NCBI GenBank assembly: GCA_001179505.1
Contig: CDMY01000234.1
Span: 1-64,000 of the forward strand
Length of the DNA stretch: 64,000 nucleotides
Reading direction: 5' to 3'
Source of the DNA: Vitrella brassicaformis CCMP3155
Lineage: Eukaryota > Protista > Chromerida
The stretch's first letter is position 1, and each line of letters opens with the position of its first letter. The notes beneath the pieces were generated by a model. It saw only the letters and a list, made by a program, of their open reading frames with translations. It did not search any database and was not told the origin of the DNA. Both the position numbers and the translations under genes were made by a program. Positions 24,094 to 37,593 of this stretch are shown here, piece after piece.

Positions 24094-26505
24094 ATGATCA
24101 ACACGTTATGGGAGAATCAGCGACAGATGGAGAAGCTGAAGAGCAAGCTGGACAGAATCGAGAGGCAAAGGGCCGAGACTATGATGCTCAGAAGCCAACC
24201 CCAGCCGCCTCCCCCATTTGTGTGGCCGTCTCCTTATGGGTATCCACATGTTCCGCCTCCTCCGCCGGCCCAGTCTCACCAGATGGAGAAACTGCTTGAG
24301 GGCATCGACAAGAGACAGGGGGACATTCAGAGCATGCTGTTCGCCCTGGCCCTCAATCATCACCGCACCAGCGATGATCACGGACGGAGAAGCGAGGGGG
24401 AGGCCCCGCCACGTAAGATCAGTGCAACCAAGGCAATGATGAGACGGGCGATAGTGCTGCCTGTTTCTCGTGTGTGTGATCGACCAGCCGCACGAAAGCA
24501 CGAGCCTCGCTCTTCCCAACTGCAGACCGAGAGCCGCTCCCCAGACCAGCCTCGCAAACGATCAGTCAGCATCAAGGTGAGGCACCACACTCCCCTGTCA
24601 ACACACACACACGGACTGTTTGCTCGCCTGCATGCTGCCCATCAAGGGCAGGAGCCGGTGGAGACGGATGAGGCTGAGGAGGAGGAGGCAGAGGGCTCTT
24701 CAAACAGCGCGGAGAGCAGCGCCGACGACCACGACGATGGGCCCGATGACCCTGCGGAGGATCCATCGAGATGGCTCAAGTTCGATGACGAGGACAAGCG
24801 GAAGAAACGCAAGGAGAAGAGAGAGAAGAAGAAACAGCCTAAAGACGAGCAGCACGAGGAGCACACTGAGGAGATGGACAAGGAAGAAGACACACACGGA
24901 GACAGGGAAGGAGACGAGGGCGAGAAATCGGTCGAGGATGCTGAGAAGCCGGCGTCAACGGAGCCTCTAGAGGCTAAGCGCAAGCGGAGTGCGCTATCCC
25001 GATTCCGAGTGGCTGGCTTGGCCGCTTTCTACCCATACGTCCTCAAAAAAGACGTATGTAGGAGGCGAGAGAGGGGGACGTCTCACACAAATGCACAAAT
25101 ATGCATGCCCACACGTCGTGTCGTGTGGCAGGTGATCGAGTCGAACCAGTGGGTGCGGGAGAAAGCCCTGGAGAGCTTCAGCAGCCAACTCCACCTCTAC
25201 ATCGAGGTGGGTGCGTGTGACCAGGGAGCTTCCCCAGGACACCCTCCCAGTCACCCTGTCTCTGTCAGATATGCAAGACGTGGATCTTGCGGCAGATCAA
25301 GCCATGCCTGCTGACCATTCTCTCCGACACCAAGCGCAAGTACGACCCAGCGAGTCTCGCAAAGGAGCCCGAGGAACTCCGCTGGGGCATCACCGGTCGG
25401 CTGCTCACCTTTCGCAGACCACCGAGCATCCAGCCACAGCACTCCGGGCGCGGAGACGCATCCCCGGCCGGGGCCAGTCCGGTTCCTGATATCGTCGTCA
25501 ACGGGCAGCCGCCGGCGAAGGCGCCTGCTGAGCTGTTCCCGAGCAAGCAGGCCTCCAATGCGCCGCTGACGCCAAGACGGCAGCTGGAGCTTCGCGTGGA
25601 GGTCCTGCTTCAGCTGCTTGAGGAGCTGCTGCAGCAGCCTCCGCCGCCACCCCTGCTGAAGTTCTTCTGTCAGCTGACGGCCTCCCGTGTGCACGTGCCC
25701 GACGACTACCTCATGCCCTGGGAGGCACAGCACTTCGACAAGGACATCCACGGCGCTCTCATGTGAGAAGACAGAGGACACAGAAAGAGAAGGCCCGTGT
25801 TGACGTTGTGTGTGTGAGGTGCAGAGTGAGACCGGTGGTAGTGCCATCCGAGGAAGACAAAGAGCGAGACGACTTCTTCCCGGCTGATGACGAGGAGACT
25901 GTGTCGTTTGGGGGTGAGGTGCTGATCGCTGGCTTTGTGGGTGTGAGGGTGCTGCTCCAACGCATCCTCACCGGCGTCTCTCCTGGGTGCGTGGGGGGGC
26001 GGGGGGCGACTGTGGGCGGCAGGAGAAGGACAAAGAACAAAGACTGGTGCTGGGCTGTGCATCTTGGTTGTGCCTGGGCAGGAGCAACAAGCAGGCGGCC
26101 ATCAACCTCAAGGCCTTCACAACAGTTGTGCACCGGCTGATGGCAATGCGGTACGGCCGCCGGACTGAGGGGCAGTCGAGCACCAGCCTGTTTGGAGAGA
26201 TGCCGTGTCTGATGCCCACTGACGAGTCCAAAGACAAAGGGCCTCTGCTCTTCAGCGTACACACACACGCAGAAATGAGACACGAATCCGACTGAATGTG
26301 TGTGTGTGTGTGCTCTGCGTGTTTTCTGCTGGTGTGCAGGACACCGAGATGGCTTCGTTCTATCAGCACAGCCACCACTGGTAGGCCAGACAACTCACGA
26401 ACATCCATGTGTCACACCATGCACCTTGTTCCCTTCCTCAGGCTAGAGACACAGACTACGCGGCTGCAGACATTTTTCACACAGTGTCCGTCAGAGCTGA
26501 TCTGA
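24094..26505 (+). CDS. Hypothetical protein: coiled-coil and acidic/Lys-rich N-terminal half, helical C-terminal domain
   Basis: Long ORFs linked by GT-AG introns (VIESNQWVREKALESFSSQLHLYIE, ICKTWILRQIKPCLL, RVHVPDDYLMPWEAQHFD, GEVLIAGFVGVRVLLQRIL, NLKAFTTVVHRL). The last exons join as HHW-LETQTTRLQTFFTQCPSELI*. Confidence 0.7.
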
Positions 26506-26615
26506 CAATGACGGAGGCTCGCCCGCTCGCTCCCTCGCAGTGCAGTGGCACGTAGAAAGGCACACATGCTATGTGTTCCGTGGCAATGCCTGCATGTCTC
26601 ACTCACAGACATTTC

Positions 26616-29600
26616 TCAGAGACAGTCTCTTCTTGTCCCTCTCAATCGGCTTTTCCTTCTGCGAACCGATGGCACGTGATGTTCTTCACCATTTGGAACC
26701 AGAAAGGCGTCTTCCAGCCGCCTTGCGAACGAGCAGCTCCGACCTTCCGTCCTTCGCCACGCGACATAGCTCAGGGAATCGCTCCCTCTCAGCAACAGTA
26801 GCGACGAGAGGCACAGCACCAGACATAACAGCACAAGATTGGGCCTCAGTGGACTGGTGGTGGAAGTCAGCTGCAGCGTGGCGACGCTCTCGTCGAAGAC
26901 GTTGACATTGATGGGGTAGGTCGCTACTTGTATGCCCAGTTTGTAGACCTGCAGCCGCCATATCGACACTATCTGGGCCTCCGGTGGGTTCGTTACTGCA
27001 TCCATCGATTCGCAGACATGGACACAATAATAATTCGACAAATCCTCTGGTGCGTGTGTGGGTATGTGTGTGTGGGTGCGTCTGCTCACCTCTTATTCTC
27101 AATGCATATTCTGCAGGCGGGTGCTCGGCCTCCGGATCCAGTGTCATGGTCAGCGTCTGATCTTTGCACGTGGCTCCAACGTCGGATGCAAGACCAGTGA
27201 ACGGAACACTTTCAGATGGGTCTTCAGGCTGCGACAGACGTCTTCAGACAGCCTGAAGTTGTCGGGAGAAATCAGAATGATCTGGTTTCCCTCGCCGGGC
27301 TCGATGACGACCATCCGGAACTGAATCTGAGCACAGCAGAGGGTCAGTATGAGGAAAAGACCTTTCTTGTGTCTTCGTACCTGAATGACATTCGACGCAG
27401 ATGGTGCTGTTGTGGTCGAGCTCATCTTGACCTCGCTGATGTCAAACCGACTTAGCGTCCATCCCGCAATTTCCAGGTTGGCGTCGAGGATGTCTCCAGT
27501 GCGGTCCTTGAGAGTGATGCCCCACACATTGGGGTTCGGCTGGACCGTCGGATTGATGGTCTGGATGCCAAACAGGTACTCCACGTTGGCAGGCAGGGTG
27601 CCGTTGTCTCGGTTGAGCTGCAGCGTCAGCTCGTGGTTGTTTTCTGGGTCCTGCAGGCACTCGGTTGCCGGAGGCAGGTTGCCCCACTCAATCTTGCTGC
27701 ACGACAGCAGGTACGAGATCGGGCTCTTGATGAGGATCGACCCGCCCAGAGGCACGGATTTGGTGGAGAGGAAGGTGAAGAGCACAGAGGTCTGCCTGCC
27801 AACCACCGTCGATCCACTGACGGCAGCCTGGATCTCGCTGATGGCGTAGCCCTCAAAGGTGGACTTTACCGCGATGACCCCGCTGATGCTAACTCGCAGC
27901 TCCCACTCGTTGCCTTCACTGCCTGTCGACACGGCGTTGTTCACAATCACACCCGTGGTGTACATCTTCCCCGCCTGAAGCGAAGGGACCGTGAACACCA
28001 TATGTCTCCGCTTCTCTGCTGAGTGTGAGCTTGTCACCTGAAGGGATTCGGCGGGAATCGACAAGCTTGCCGTGCTGCCCGTGCCTTGACAGTCGTCGAA
28101 GAGGCCGCTAACCTCAGCCGGTGCCACGCAGTTGGACTCGACAACGAAGCCTGGAGATGTGGTTACCTGCAGGCTGATGTCTCGGGTCTTGCCCTTGATC
28201 TCGTGGCTCAGCTTAAAGCGGAGAGACACCACCACATCTGTGGCTGCAGGGGACGTGTTGTCGGGCTCGATGGACACCTGACGCGCACCGGCAGCCATCA
28301 ATCTCAGACACCAACACAGGACAACACGTCTGTCTTTGCCTTTCGCCGACCTCACTGAAGAAGCCGAGGAGCGAGAATCCAGGGAAGAGGCCGTCGTTTG
28401 TGTTTGTGATGTTCAGGCCGGCTTCATCCCGTGTGGTTGCGATCCTCCACGAGTTGTCGAGAAGAGACGACAGAGGATTCGACACCTCCAGCTGGAAGGT
28501 GAGGCCCGCGCCAGATGACCAGTCCCTCCCGAACCTTGCATAGAAGCTTGACGTCTTGTTGAGACGCTGCCCCACACTTCCATGATCGAAGAAGGCTTCC
28601 ATGCCCTCGGACACGTCCTCATGGAGCGTGTGGATGATGAAGCCCGTCGGAGCATCGATGCTGATGAAGTCCCCAGCAGAGACAGCCACATCGGTCTTGA
28701 TGGTCAGTGTTATTGTGTTCTGGCTGCTGCCGTAGAATGGGTCCGTCGTCTGGCTGGTGACAATGCGGAGGCGACCATACACGGCATAGCCCGGCAGGTG
28801 AAAGGCTTCATCTTGCTTCTGAGGGCACACACACAGAGGGTGAGAAAATGGAACTGGTATGTGCAGGACACAATACCTTTTTCTTTCCCTCCAGGTCGGT
28901 CTTGTACGTCGCGAGGTGCCAGTATGTCATGCCAGCCGCCTCCTCTGGATTGATAATCGAGCTGAGGGTGATTTGGGCGAAGTCTCGTGCGGCCAGCTCG
29001 AGGTCAGCCTCCATTTCGCCCTGCTTTCCAAGTGCGTGGCTTCCGCCTGTGACTGCCACAGTCGTGAAGTCCAATAGCGGCGACTCGATGAGGATCGAGT
29101 CGGCCTCAGACACGGTCGTGAAGGTGATGTGGGCTTTCATGGACCCTGAGACACACGCAGCATTGCAAAGGCAAAGAACCTCTCTCTGTTTGTACCTCCT
29201 GCGGCGAACTGCGCGTCGTCGGCATCGGGGAAAATGGAAGGCTGAATGAGTTGCGGGATGATACCGTAGCCCGTGAAATGCGCCGACAAATGAGCCTTCT
29301 CTGACGCGTCGTCGCTGCCGTCAATCGAGATAACACTTGGCGTGTAGTGGCGGCATTCGAAGTAGTTGGGCGAGGGAGTGATCTCAGGGTTGGCAGTCAC
29401 AATCGAGAACGAGAGCTCGAGGTCTTCAGAGATCTGCTTCTCGATCAAGAACCTGCAAGGTGAAAATATGAAGAGACAGCGTGTCTCTTCCACTGTCTGC
29501 CTTTTAACTTGATCGTATTCAGCGTGCATCGAGGGTTGGGCTCGGTGTCGTCGTCGGCATTTAGCGGCAAGAGGTCACCCGCATACGACGTGTAGTTGCG

Positions 29601-32600
29601 GCATTTGGTGCTCTTGCCATCGCCAAGAAGATAGGTGTGTGGCGCGCTGATCTCAACGACGTCTCCCGCCCTTATGTCGGTTGGAAAGTCCAGGTGAAAG
29701 CGCAGCGTCACCTCTTCATTGCCAGATCGGCTAGGGGGCGTGTCAATGCGGAATCTAAGAAAAACAGCAGGCTGCGCAGAGACACATTCAGCGACGGGCT
29801 GCTCCGGCTCACTCGTCCATGATGTCGTTGATTGGGAACCCAGCGATCGTTGACGTGTCCTGGATGAAGTCGGCTGGGCAAGATGTCCCCTGATTGCTCT
29901 CCTCCGAGCAAGACATGAGCTGCCATGAGCCAGCCACTTCGATAATTTGTCTCGGGTTGGTGACTTCCAGCTGAATGAGATACGGCGTATTGGAATACAG
30001 CCAGCTCTGCGCAGCCGCGCTCATTAGCCGCAGACGGACGAAGTTGGATGGCGGAGCTGTGCCCTCACACGTGATCTCTTCCGACGAGAACACCTTTACC
30101 GACTCGCCGAGCTCGTTCAGCTGCGACACTTTGGGTGCGCATATTGTCGAGAAGGCGAAGCCAGCTGGCGCCAGTATCCGTATGACACCGCTCTTAAGAG
30201 TGGTGAAGGGCGTGAAAGAGATGGCCACCTCGTTGACAGTTGCAGCCAGCTCCGTGGACCGCGCCAGGTTGGTTGGCGTGATGCCGGCAGCCCGGAACGC
30301 CCAGATATCAAAGCCGGCGAAGGGACTGGAGGCCTCGTTGCTGAAGCTGAGACTCCACAGGTTGGGAGATGGGGTGACCGCGGGATTGGTGACGCTGATC
30401 TTGAAAAGATATTTGAGGTCCTTGTCGAGCGTGCCGCCAGAAATGTTCATCCGAGCTACACTGCTCTCGCCGCGACACGTCGAGAATGTCACGCCTGTGT
30501 GATAAAGAGAGACACAACACCACACAGCAGCTCAGAGCACACGACGACCGGTCTTTCCTTCTCCCGACCTTCAGGAAAGAGGTGCAAGCCCCAGTGTGCG
30601 TGTCCTGCCCCCGTGAACGAGGCGAGAGGCTTCACTGTGTGTCCTGCCCCCGTGAACGAGGCGAGAGGCTTCACTGTCTCAACAGGCCCGCAATCCTCAG
30701 CAAATATGAACCCTTGGGGAGCAATCAGAGTCATCTGTTCGCCCGAGACGGACGCCGCGTTGAGAGCAAAGACGATCGTCACCCTGTTGAGGGCCTGCGC
30801 TCTGTCATTCCTGTCCGCCTCTGACCCCTCCTGCTCCGCAAAAATGTAAGCCGCCTGCATTTGCGGGAAGACTTCATACGCAAGGACGGTTGTTGATGTG
30901 TCTGTATAGTCAGGTGACGCCTTCTCGCAGTCCTCGATCGCCTCAATAAGAAGCGGGTCAACGGGCTGGCCTGCGTCTGTTGGATTCGTCACCTCAACCT
31001 GGAAGCGGTAGACGCCGGGAGGGAAGGGCGAATTGATGGCGATGATGCGGAAATAGCCGGGAGTGAAGGGCACCTCACTATTAAAGCGGTCCTGTGCCTC
31101 GCAGATGGCGTCGTCAGGCAGCAACGTCCCTCCAGCAGCCAAGATGCTGCGATAGTTGACGCACGCCCCCGTGGTTAGCTGGAACTCGATGGGGAAGGTC
31201 ACACGGATGCAGCCTCCTCTCGGGACAGTCGTGATGGTCTCCACGCGGACGGTGATGACTGACTGGAGAGCCACCACACTATTGCTCCAGGACTCGAGGG
31301 CGGCATTAATGAGGTGACGGATGCGGGAAGGCGTGAAGGCGCTGGCGGCCACACGACCACTCATAAGCGACTCGCCCGGGTTGTACTCGAGAAAGAACGT
31401 ATTGACGCTCGGCCTCGTCGGCTTCAGGCTTGGGGTGTCATCCGGGATCTCCAGCTGCGCTTGAAAGGCGTACCTGACATTCCCTCTGATGGGCGCACCT
31501 GTTGACATTGGCAGTAGAAGAGTGTTGCCGTGGTCAACAGCGGGGCTCGGTCTCGACACAGGCAGCGTGTAGCTGATGTGAGGCAGCTGGACATTGTTCT
31601 CCGCTATGAAGTGACCCACCTGCATCACACCGGCTTTTTCCAAGTGTCTCTCTGCATGTCTCCTTGTGCAGATCGATCCGCACCATGTATCTGAAGATGT
31701 CGACCCTCCACTTGAAGCTCTGAGGCGCGATGACGCGCAGCTCCCCGTTGAGCAGCTGCTCAACCGAAGTGAACTCTACCGTGATGTTGGACAGCTGCTG
31801 CCGATACGAGTAAGGGAGATAGGAGTCAAGTGCCGCGAAGAAGACAGAGAAGGCCGTCCAGTAGATGCCCCACGACCGCTGCGATGAGGATGGCGGGTCT
31901 TCGATGTTGAGCGGTATGGACTGATTCGTGCCGTCCACAGGCTCACTCAGCCGCGTGAACGTGCGCAGGTGGAATGCACCGGCAGCAATGGATTGGTCGT
32001 GGATGTAGTTGGCGCTCTCGGAGTTCTTGATGCGACGAATCCTGACGGACAAGCGGCAAGACACACAAACACTACACACCAAGCCCTTTGTCTGTCTCAC
32101 TTGAACCCATAGGCGTGGCCAGCCTCCAATACATTAGAAGCCGACAGCGTGATCCTCGCCCGATTGATAGTGGCGCACTTTTCCACGCCATCTGTCCCAC
32201 AGTAGTCGCCCTTTTCTGCCTTACTCGACACCACCGGAGGAAGTCTGATTTCGGGGTTGCTGCTGTCGACTTCGGTCACGGTCGGATCGACATCGACGTA
32301 TTCGAAGTACTCAGGCAAGTCGAGCTGGATGATGGCACCTCGACCGGCCGTCTGCTCGGTGGTGAAGAAGATTGTGAGCTCGTTGCTAGGATAGGCTGCC
32401 TCCAGGTGGGATGGCGTCAATGAGATATCAGTGAGTTTGCCCAGGACGGCCACGTTGCCCGAGAAGTCTCCGCTGCCTGCGAAGCGCTTCCTGAAGCCTG
32501 ATACCAAAGGATCGCCACCCGTCAGGATGCTCAGTGTCTTGGAGGGGTCATAGCGGCGCCTGGACTGCAGAACAACAAGCATCAATCGCGTAGGCGAGAC

Positions 32601-35600
32601 ACGGAAATTGTGCAGTTGCGTCGTTACCTGCACTGAGATGTTCCAGGCATTGCTTGGATTATAGGGTGGCAGGGGCGTCGAGGGATTCGTCACCTCAAAC
32701 TCGATCAAGATCGGCGTGCCAGAAAAGAGCGTCAGATAGTTGGGTAGAGTGTAGCGGCAGACATGCATATTGTTGGGGGGCACAGGGATGCTCCACCCGC
32801 CTTGCTCTTTCAGGCGGCCCACACCGACAGGCCTTGTGCTGCCATAGACTCGCAGCAAGTCTGGAGGCTCCCTGGCGGCTGTGCACTGGTAGCCTTCAGG
32901 CATCTCAATCACAAGTAAGCTGTCATCTAGAGACACACGCATATCAATGTGTACAAATGCAGGCTGTGATCCTTTTGGCCTACCAGGGCTGTAGAGGATC
33001 GCTCCCATGACGATCTTGGCGTACAGAGTGTTCTGGCGTCCCCCTTGTAAGGACTCCGGTTGCCATCACCATACTTGGTGACGAGCGACGCCTGTGCGAC
33101 GGTGGCGTTCATGTACAGCCGCCTCCCTTCACTCTCGTAATACTGGGGTGAGGTGCCGTCCTGACACAACAGACGAACACAGCGGCTGAATGATCGACCA
33201 TTGCAACGTGTCATTCTTTCGTGTGGTCTTACAGGAATGGTGACTTGGATTCCGATTCGCATTGGGTAGAAGCCAGCACTCGGAGGCCGCAGCTTCTTGA
33301 CCACGAGAAAGATGCGTGTCTGATCGTGAAGTCGGCCGACTTCGGTCGGTACTGTCACTTGGATGCCCGCCCGATTCTGACGGAACACGGCAATGTGAAG
33401 AGACACGATGGACCTTGTCGCATACCCCTCTATTGCTGAATGAGAGTGGGGTGCAGACGACAGCATCGATGACCGTGAAGTCTGCCAAGATAATCTCGAC
33501 GACACACACGTCACCGACGTCCCAAAGGGTGAGGGGGAAGAAGTGCAGCTCCAACTTATAGCCGCTGAGGATCGCTGTGGTCGTGGTGTTGCCGGCTCCT
33601 CTCAGATATATGTAAAACGTGTTCGTCGCCTCCAGAGTGAGCAGCAGGTCCTGCTGGTTTGCCAGATACGTGGAAGAACTGTTGGTGTCGATCGCATTGG
33701 ATGGGAAGGTGGCTTCAGTCGGTGCCTCAGCCAGCACGACCTTGCCCAGCGTGCCGTAAAGCTGCCCGTAGACGGAGCCGACATCTTTGGCGTATCGAGC
33801 GTTCTTGCTCTCTAGTTTGACTGATTTCATCTCGAGGACATGGAATGGCTTCAGCACCTCATCGTCGTGGGACCATATCTCGAGGATGGGTGCAGTGTTG
33901 TCGAAGGCAGTCTGCAACAGACACAGGCAAGCAAAGGCACGATGCTGAAACCCCGACACAACACAGGACTTACCAGCAGCTCCGCATTGAAGACTATCTN
34001 NNNNNNNNNNNNNNNNNNNNNNNNNNNNNNNNNNNNNNNNNNNNNNNNNNNNNNNNNNNNNNNNNNNNNNNNNNNNNNNNNNNNNNNNNNNNNNNNNNNN
34101 NNNNNNNNNNNNNNNNNNNNNNNNNNNNNNNNNNNNNNNNNNNNNNNNNNNNNNNNNNNNNNNNNNNNNNNNNNNNNNNNNNNNNNNNNNNNNNNNNNNN
34201 NNNNNNNNNNNNNNNNNNNNNNNNNNNNNNNNNNNNNNNNNNNNNNNNNNNNNNNNNNNNNNNNNNNNNNNNNNNNNNNNNNNNNNNNNNNNNNNNNNNC
34301 GTCCCTGGCCTGAGTCCGTTGTAGCGGTCGAAGTGGATGAAGAACGACTGCCGGTTCTGCGACTTTGCACCCCACCTGAATGGCATACCACATTCAGCAT
34401 ATGCGCGAAATGGGAGCTTTGCATTCGAGTGTCTGTGACCTGCATCCTCTGGGCATCGGAAAGCCATTTGAGGCCTCATAAGCCTCGCGCATAAAGTGAC
34501 CGCAGTGTTGCTGCTTCTCTTCGGCCGACGCGCCTGAACCAAAAAGTCAGAAAAATGCATTGTTTTTGCTGCCTGTGTCGCGGTCCTACCAGTGCTTACA
34601 CGCTGGTAGCCGCTGTCCGAGTAGAGTGGATGCAGCCGAGTCAGATCGAGGAAACGCAGCTCAAGTGACATGGAATTTAGAGCCTGCATACACATGAGTG
34701 CAATCAACCAATGGTGCTCAAGATTTGTGCATGGCTTGCCTCATTGTATCGTGTTGCAGCGATGTCTGGAAGTAGAGGAGCACGGGCGCTGTCGTGCCGA
34801 CTTGCATGGATGTGAGGTGCAGCGAGGCTTCCTTCATCGATGGGGGGCTCTCGGCGGTCAGGCTGCCGGCGTACATGAACTGGCAGCCACTGCACTTGGC
34901 CCAGCACAAGTTGTACAATCGCTGCGACTCACCATCACTGAGCTCAGGCCTGCAGGCATGCAAAAAAAGGAACCAAAACACTCGTGTGTCTCGCTCGTGT
35001 CTCGTCACTCTTTGATGCGGTGCCTTCCTTACAGAACGATTCGAATATTCGAGAATGTCTGTTTGGTTGTGACGAGGATGTTCGGCTTGCTTGGAGGGGA
35101 ACTCGAGTCGATTTCGAAGAATGTTGAGTTGTAGATGTAGGTGACAGAGTAGAAACCCGACGCATCCCCGATAGTGTGCATGAAACTCACGTAATCCTGC
35201 AGAACACAGAGGCAGGGAGGCAAGCACGCTATTGAAAAGCAATGTCTCTTGTCTCGTTTTACGTGTGCTCACAATGGTTGCAAGGTTGTGCACCGTCTTT
35301 GTCTCGACGATCCTATGTGTGTTAACCTTGTTTGCATCTGACGGCAACAGAGACACTCCCGTTGTGTGCCTGCAGAAAGAAAGGGGCGCTCACCGTCTGA
35401 CGCATAAGTCGCCTGTATCTCGACAGGGACAACCGATGGAGTCTTGATGGAGCCGTCGCACTGCTCGTCCGTCAGGTCTGTGCACTTGACCTCAGTCACC
35501 ATCGGATCAGAGCAATCCGTGTCATAAGATGGCGTAGCGCGAAGAAGATTGCCTACGCAGATACACATGCACACGTCGGTATGTTCTATTCACCTTGTGC

Positions 35601-37271
35601 CCCTCCTTACTTGTGCTGTCGAGCTTTTGGCCCCGCAGCGTGATCTCAAACTCCTGTTCGAACGACACTGTGAAAGTGTTCAGTGCCGGCACAGGGCCAC
35701 CAACTACAAAGCTGCCTACACACGACAATATGCATATTATCCCTCGGACAGCGGAGGGCGACAGAAAGACAGCTGATCCTTTTACCTGCGTCTGTCTTGT
35801 AGTCGACGTAGGTATCACAGGTCTGTCCCGCAAGCACGTCGGAGTTCATAGTACAGTAGCAGAGGCGATAGACCCCAGGTGTGGCAGCTAACGTGTTGTT
35901 CGTGTCTCCCCATGCATAGTCCTGTCCACTGTTTGTTGCATTCTCGCTCAGCCCTCCATTCACAAAACCGGTGACTGCCCCGCCTGTCGGCACTCCACAG
36001 CTGTGCATGACGGCCATGCGATCAAGGTTTGCCAGCTCGTAGCCGCTCACACCCGTGACTTCGCACCTCTCGCCAATATGACACGTGTAAAAGCCCTCGG
36101 TTGGGCCTCCGACAGTCAGCTGACCGGCAGCAGCCGTGAAGAGAGACGGGAAGGAAGTGACACAGGTGTACAGTGAGCCCGGACAGAAGCACATCTGGTA
36201 GGTATTGGGTGTGGTGACGATCGAGCCGACATCAAAGACCCCGGTCGAGCCCGATGCGAGGCCTTGGAAAGAGAAGACCATGATTAACGGGTTTATCTGG
36301 CTGGCGGTCGCTGCCTGAGTGAGCCCCGGGTTGCCGGTCTCGACCCCAAAACCCTCCACTGGCGGCTGGACACCGCACGGCTGGCCACCACCGCTCATGA
36401 TATAGATGCGATCCGCGGCAGCGATTCCGTGGTTCATGTTCTGGTTGATTTGGTGGAGGTTGGAGATGTCGTTGGTCAGTTGCACTTCACAGGGATGCGA
36501 ATGGAAGCATTTCTCGGAGTTGGCGGTCCAGGGGCCGTAGACGCTGGCCACCGCTGTGGTGGTGTTGACGTTCAGTTACCGGTCCAAGTCAGAGCACCCT
36601 GAGGTGCCTCCGCCATCCTGAATGAAAGAGACGATGCATTCATGCCCTCTCTCTTTGGCCACATTTTCCATTCATTCTTATCCCTACGTAGTCGCAATAG
36701 CAAACGCCAAATCTCCCAGGCACTGTCATTTGGATGGGGCCGCAGATGAGGCTCCTGGCAGCATTGTTTGCGTCCGCCGCGCAGTACAGAGAACTCCACG
36801 TAGGCACCATGAATTCGTTTTCCATCTGAACCTTATTCGCAGTGCAGTCAGCATAGCTGGCACAACAGCCTGCACACCATATAGATAAGGCGCGTGTCCA
36901 TCTTTAGCCATGTGATTCGCTCACTCAGGTACCATCTTTCGAGAGCAGAAGGCGGTCCTCGGCAGCGAAATCCGAGGGACTCTGCACCGTGAGATTGAGA
37001 TAGAAGGGCTGCATGCTGTGGGCCTGAAAGGCGTCTCCGCCGGAGAGGCTGCTGGCATTGACAAAGGTCGTAACATTGACAACTGAACACCACACACCCA
37101 CGATGTATCATTCCACTTCTCATTGGTGTGGGTGTCTCTCACAATCGGTCAGAGCAACAATCCCGAGGGAGCGAGGCAGAGCGCTGCCACCTCCCCTTTC
37201 ACTGGCGATGTCGTAGCACACACAACCGACGCAAAAAGAGCGAACACGGATACCCTGTACACTGCCTGCAT
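26616..37271 (-). CDS. Giant (roughly 2800-3000 aa) predicted surface/membrane protein: signal peptide, Cys-containing modules, then many tandem beta-sandwich-like repeats and a C-terminal hydrophobic segment
   Basis: Candidate signal MQAVYRVSVFALFASVVCA at 37271. N-terminal repeats PG.(Y/F)..C(Y/F)C...C...GP occur three times. At least 9 units carry the motif (V/I)xNP...NxW (e.g. VTNPAVTPSPNLWSL, INPTVQPNPNVWGI, VSNPLSSLLDNSWRI, VTNPSTPLPPYNPSNAWNI). LVLLCLVLCLSSLLLL lies near the C terminus. Many junctions were checked as phase-compatible GT-AG. There is a gap at 34000-34299 and the first intron is unresolved. Confidence 0.75.
30600..30677. repeat. Perfect 2 x 39-bp tandem duplication inside an exon (TVKPLASFTGAGH x2 on the minus strand)
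   Basis: gtgtcctgcccccgtgaacgaggcgagaggcttcactgt at 30600-30638 and 30639-30677. Confidence 0.97.
34000..34299. other. Assembly gap (300 N) within the giant gene
   Basis: Run of N in the sequence. Confidence 1.
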
Positions 37272-37593
37272 CGTCGGCGGACGCTGCCAACGAAGGGAAG
37301 TCTGTGCGCTAATCAAATGGCCTCACGGCCTGCCTGAGTCCGGGAGACCGACCAATGGAAGATCAGGTTGCGGAAGACGTGCGCCACTGCTAGGGGCATT
37401 CGGTGAAACGTCAATGAAACGTACTGCGCGTCAATACTGCGCGTCAAGGGCATTCTCTTTGCATCTTCCGACGCATCCAGATCACCACAGAACGATGCGC
37501 AACCACATTGCCGAGGGAAGCCCCGCCAACCACGTGGAGAGGCGTCAGAATGGGCTGCCATCCTGCGCCATCGAAGGAGGCGCACCTCGCGCG

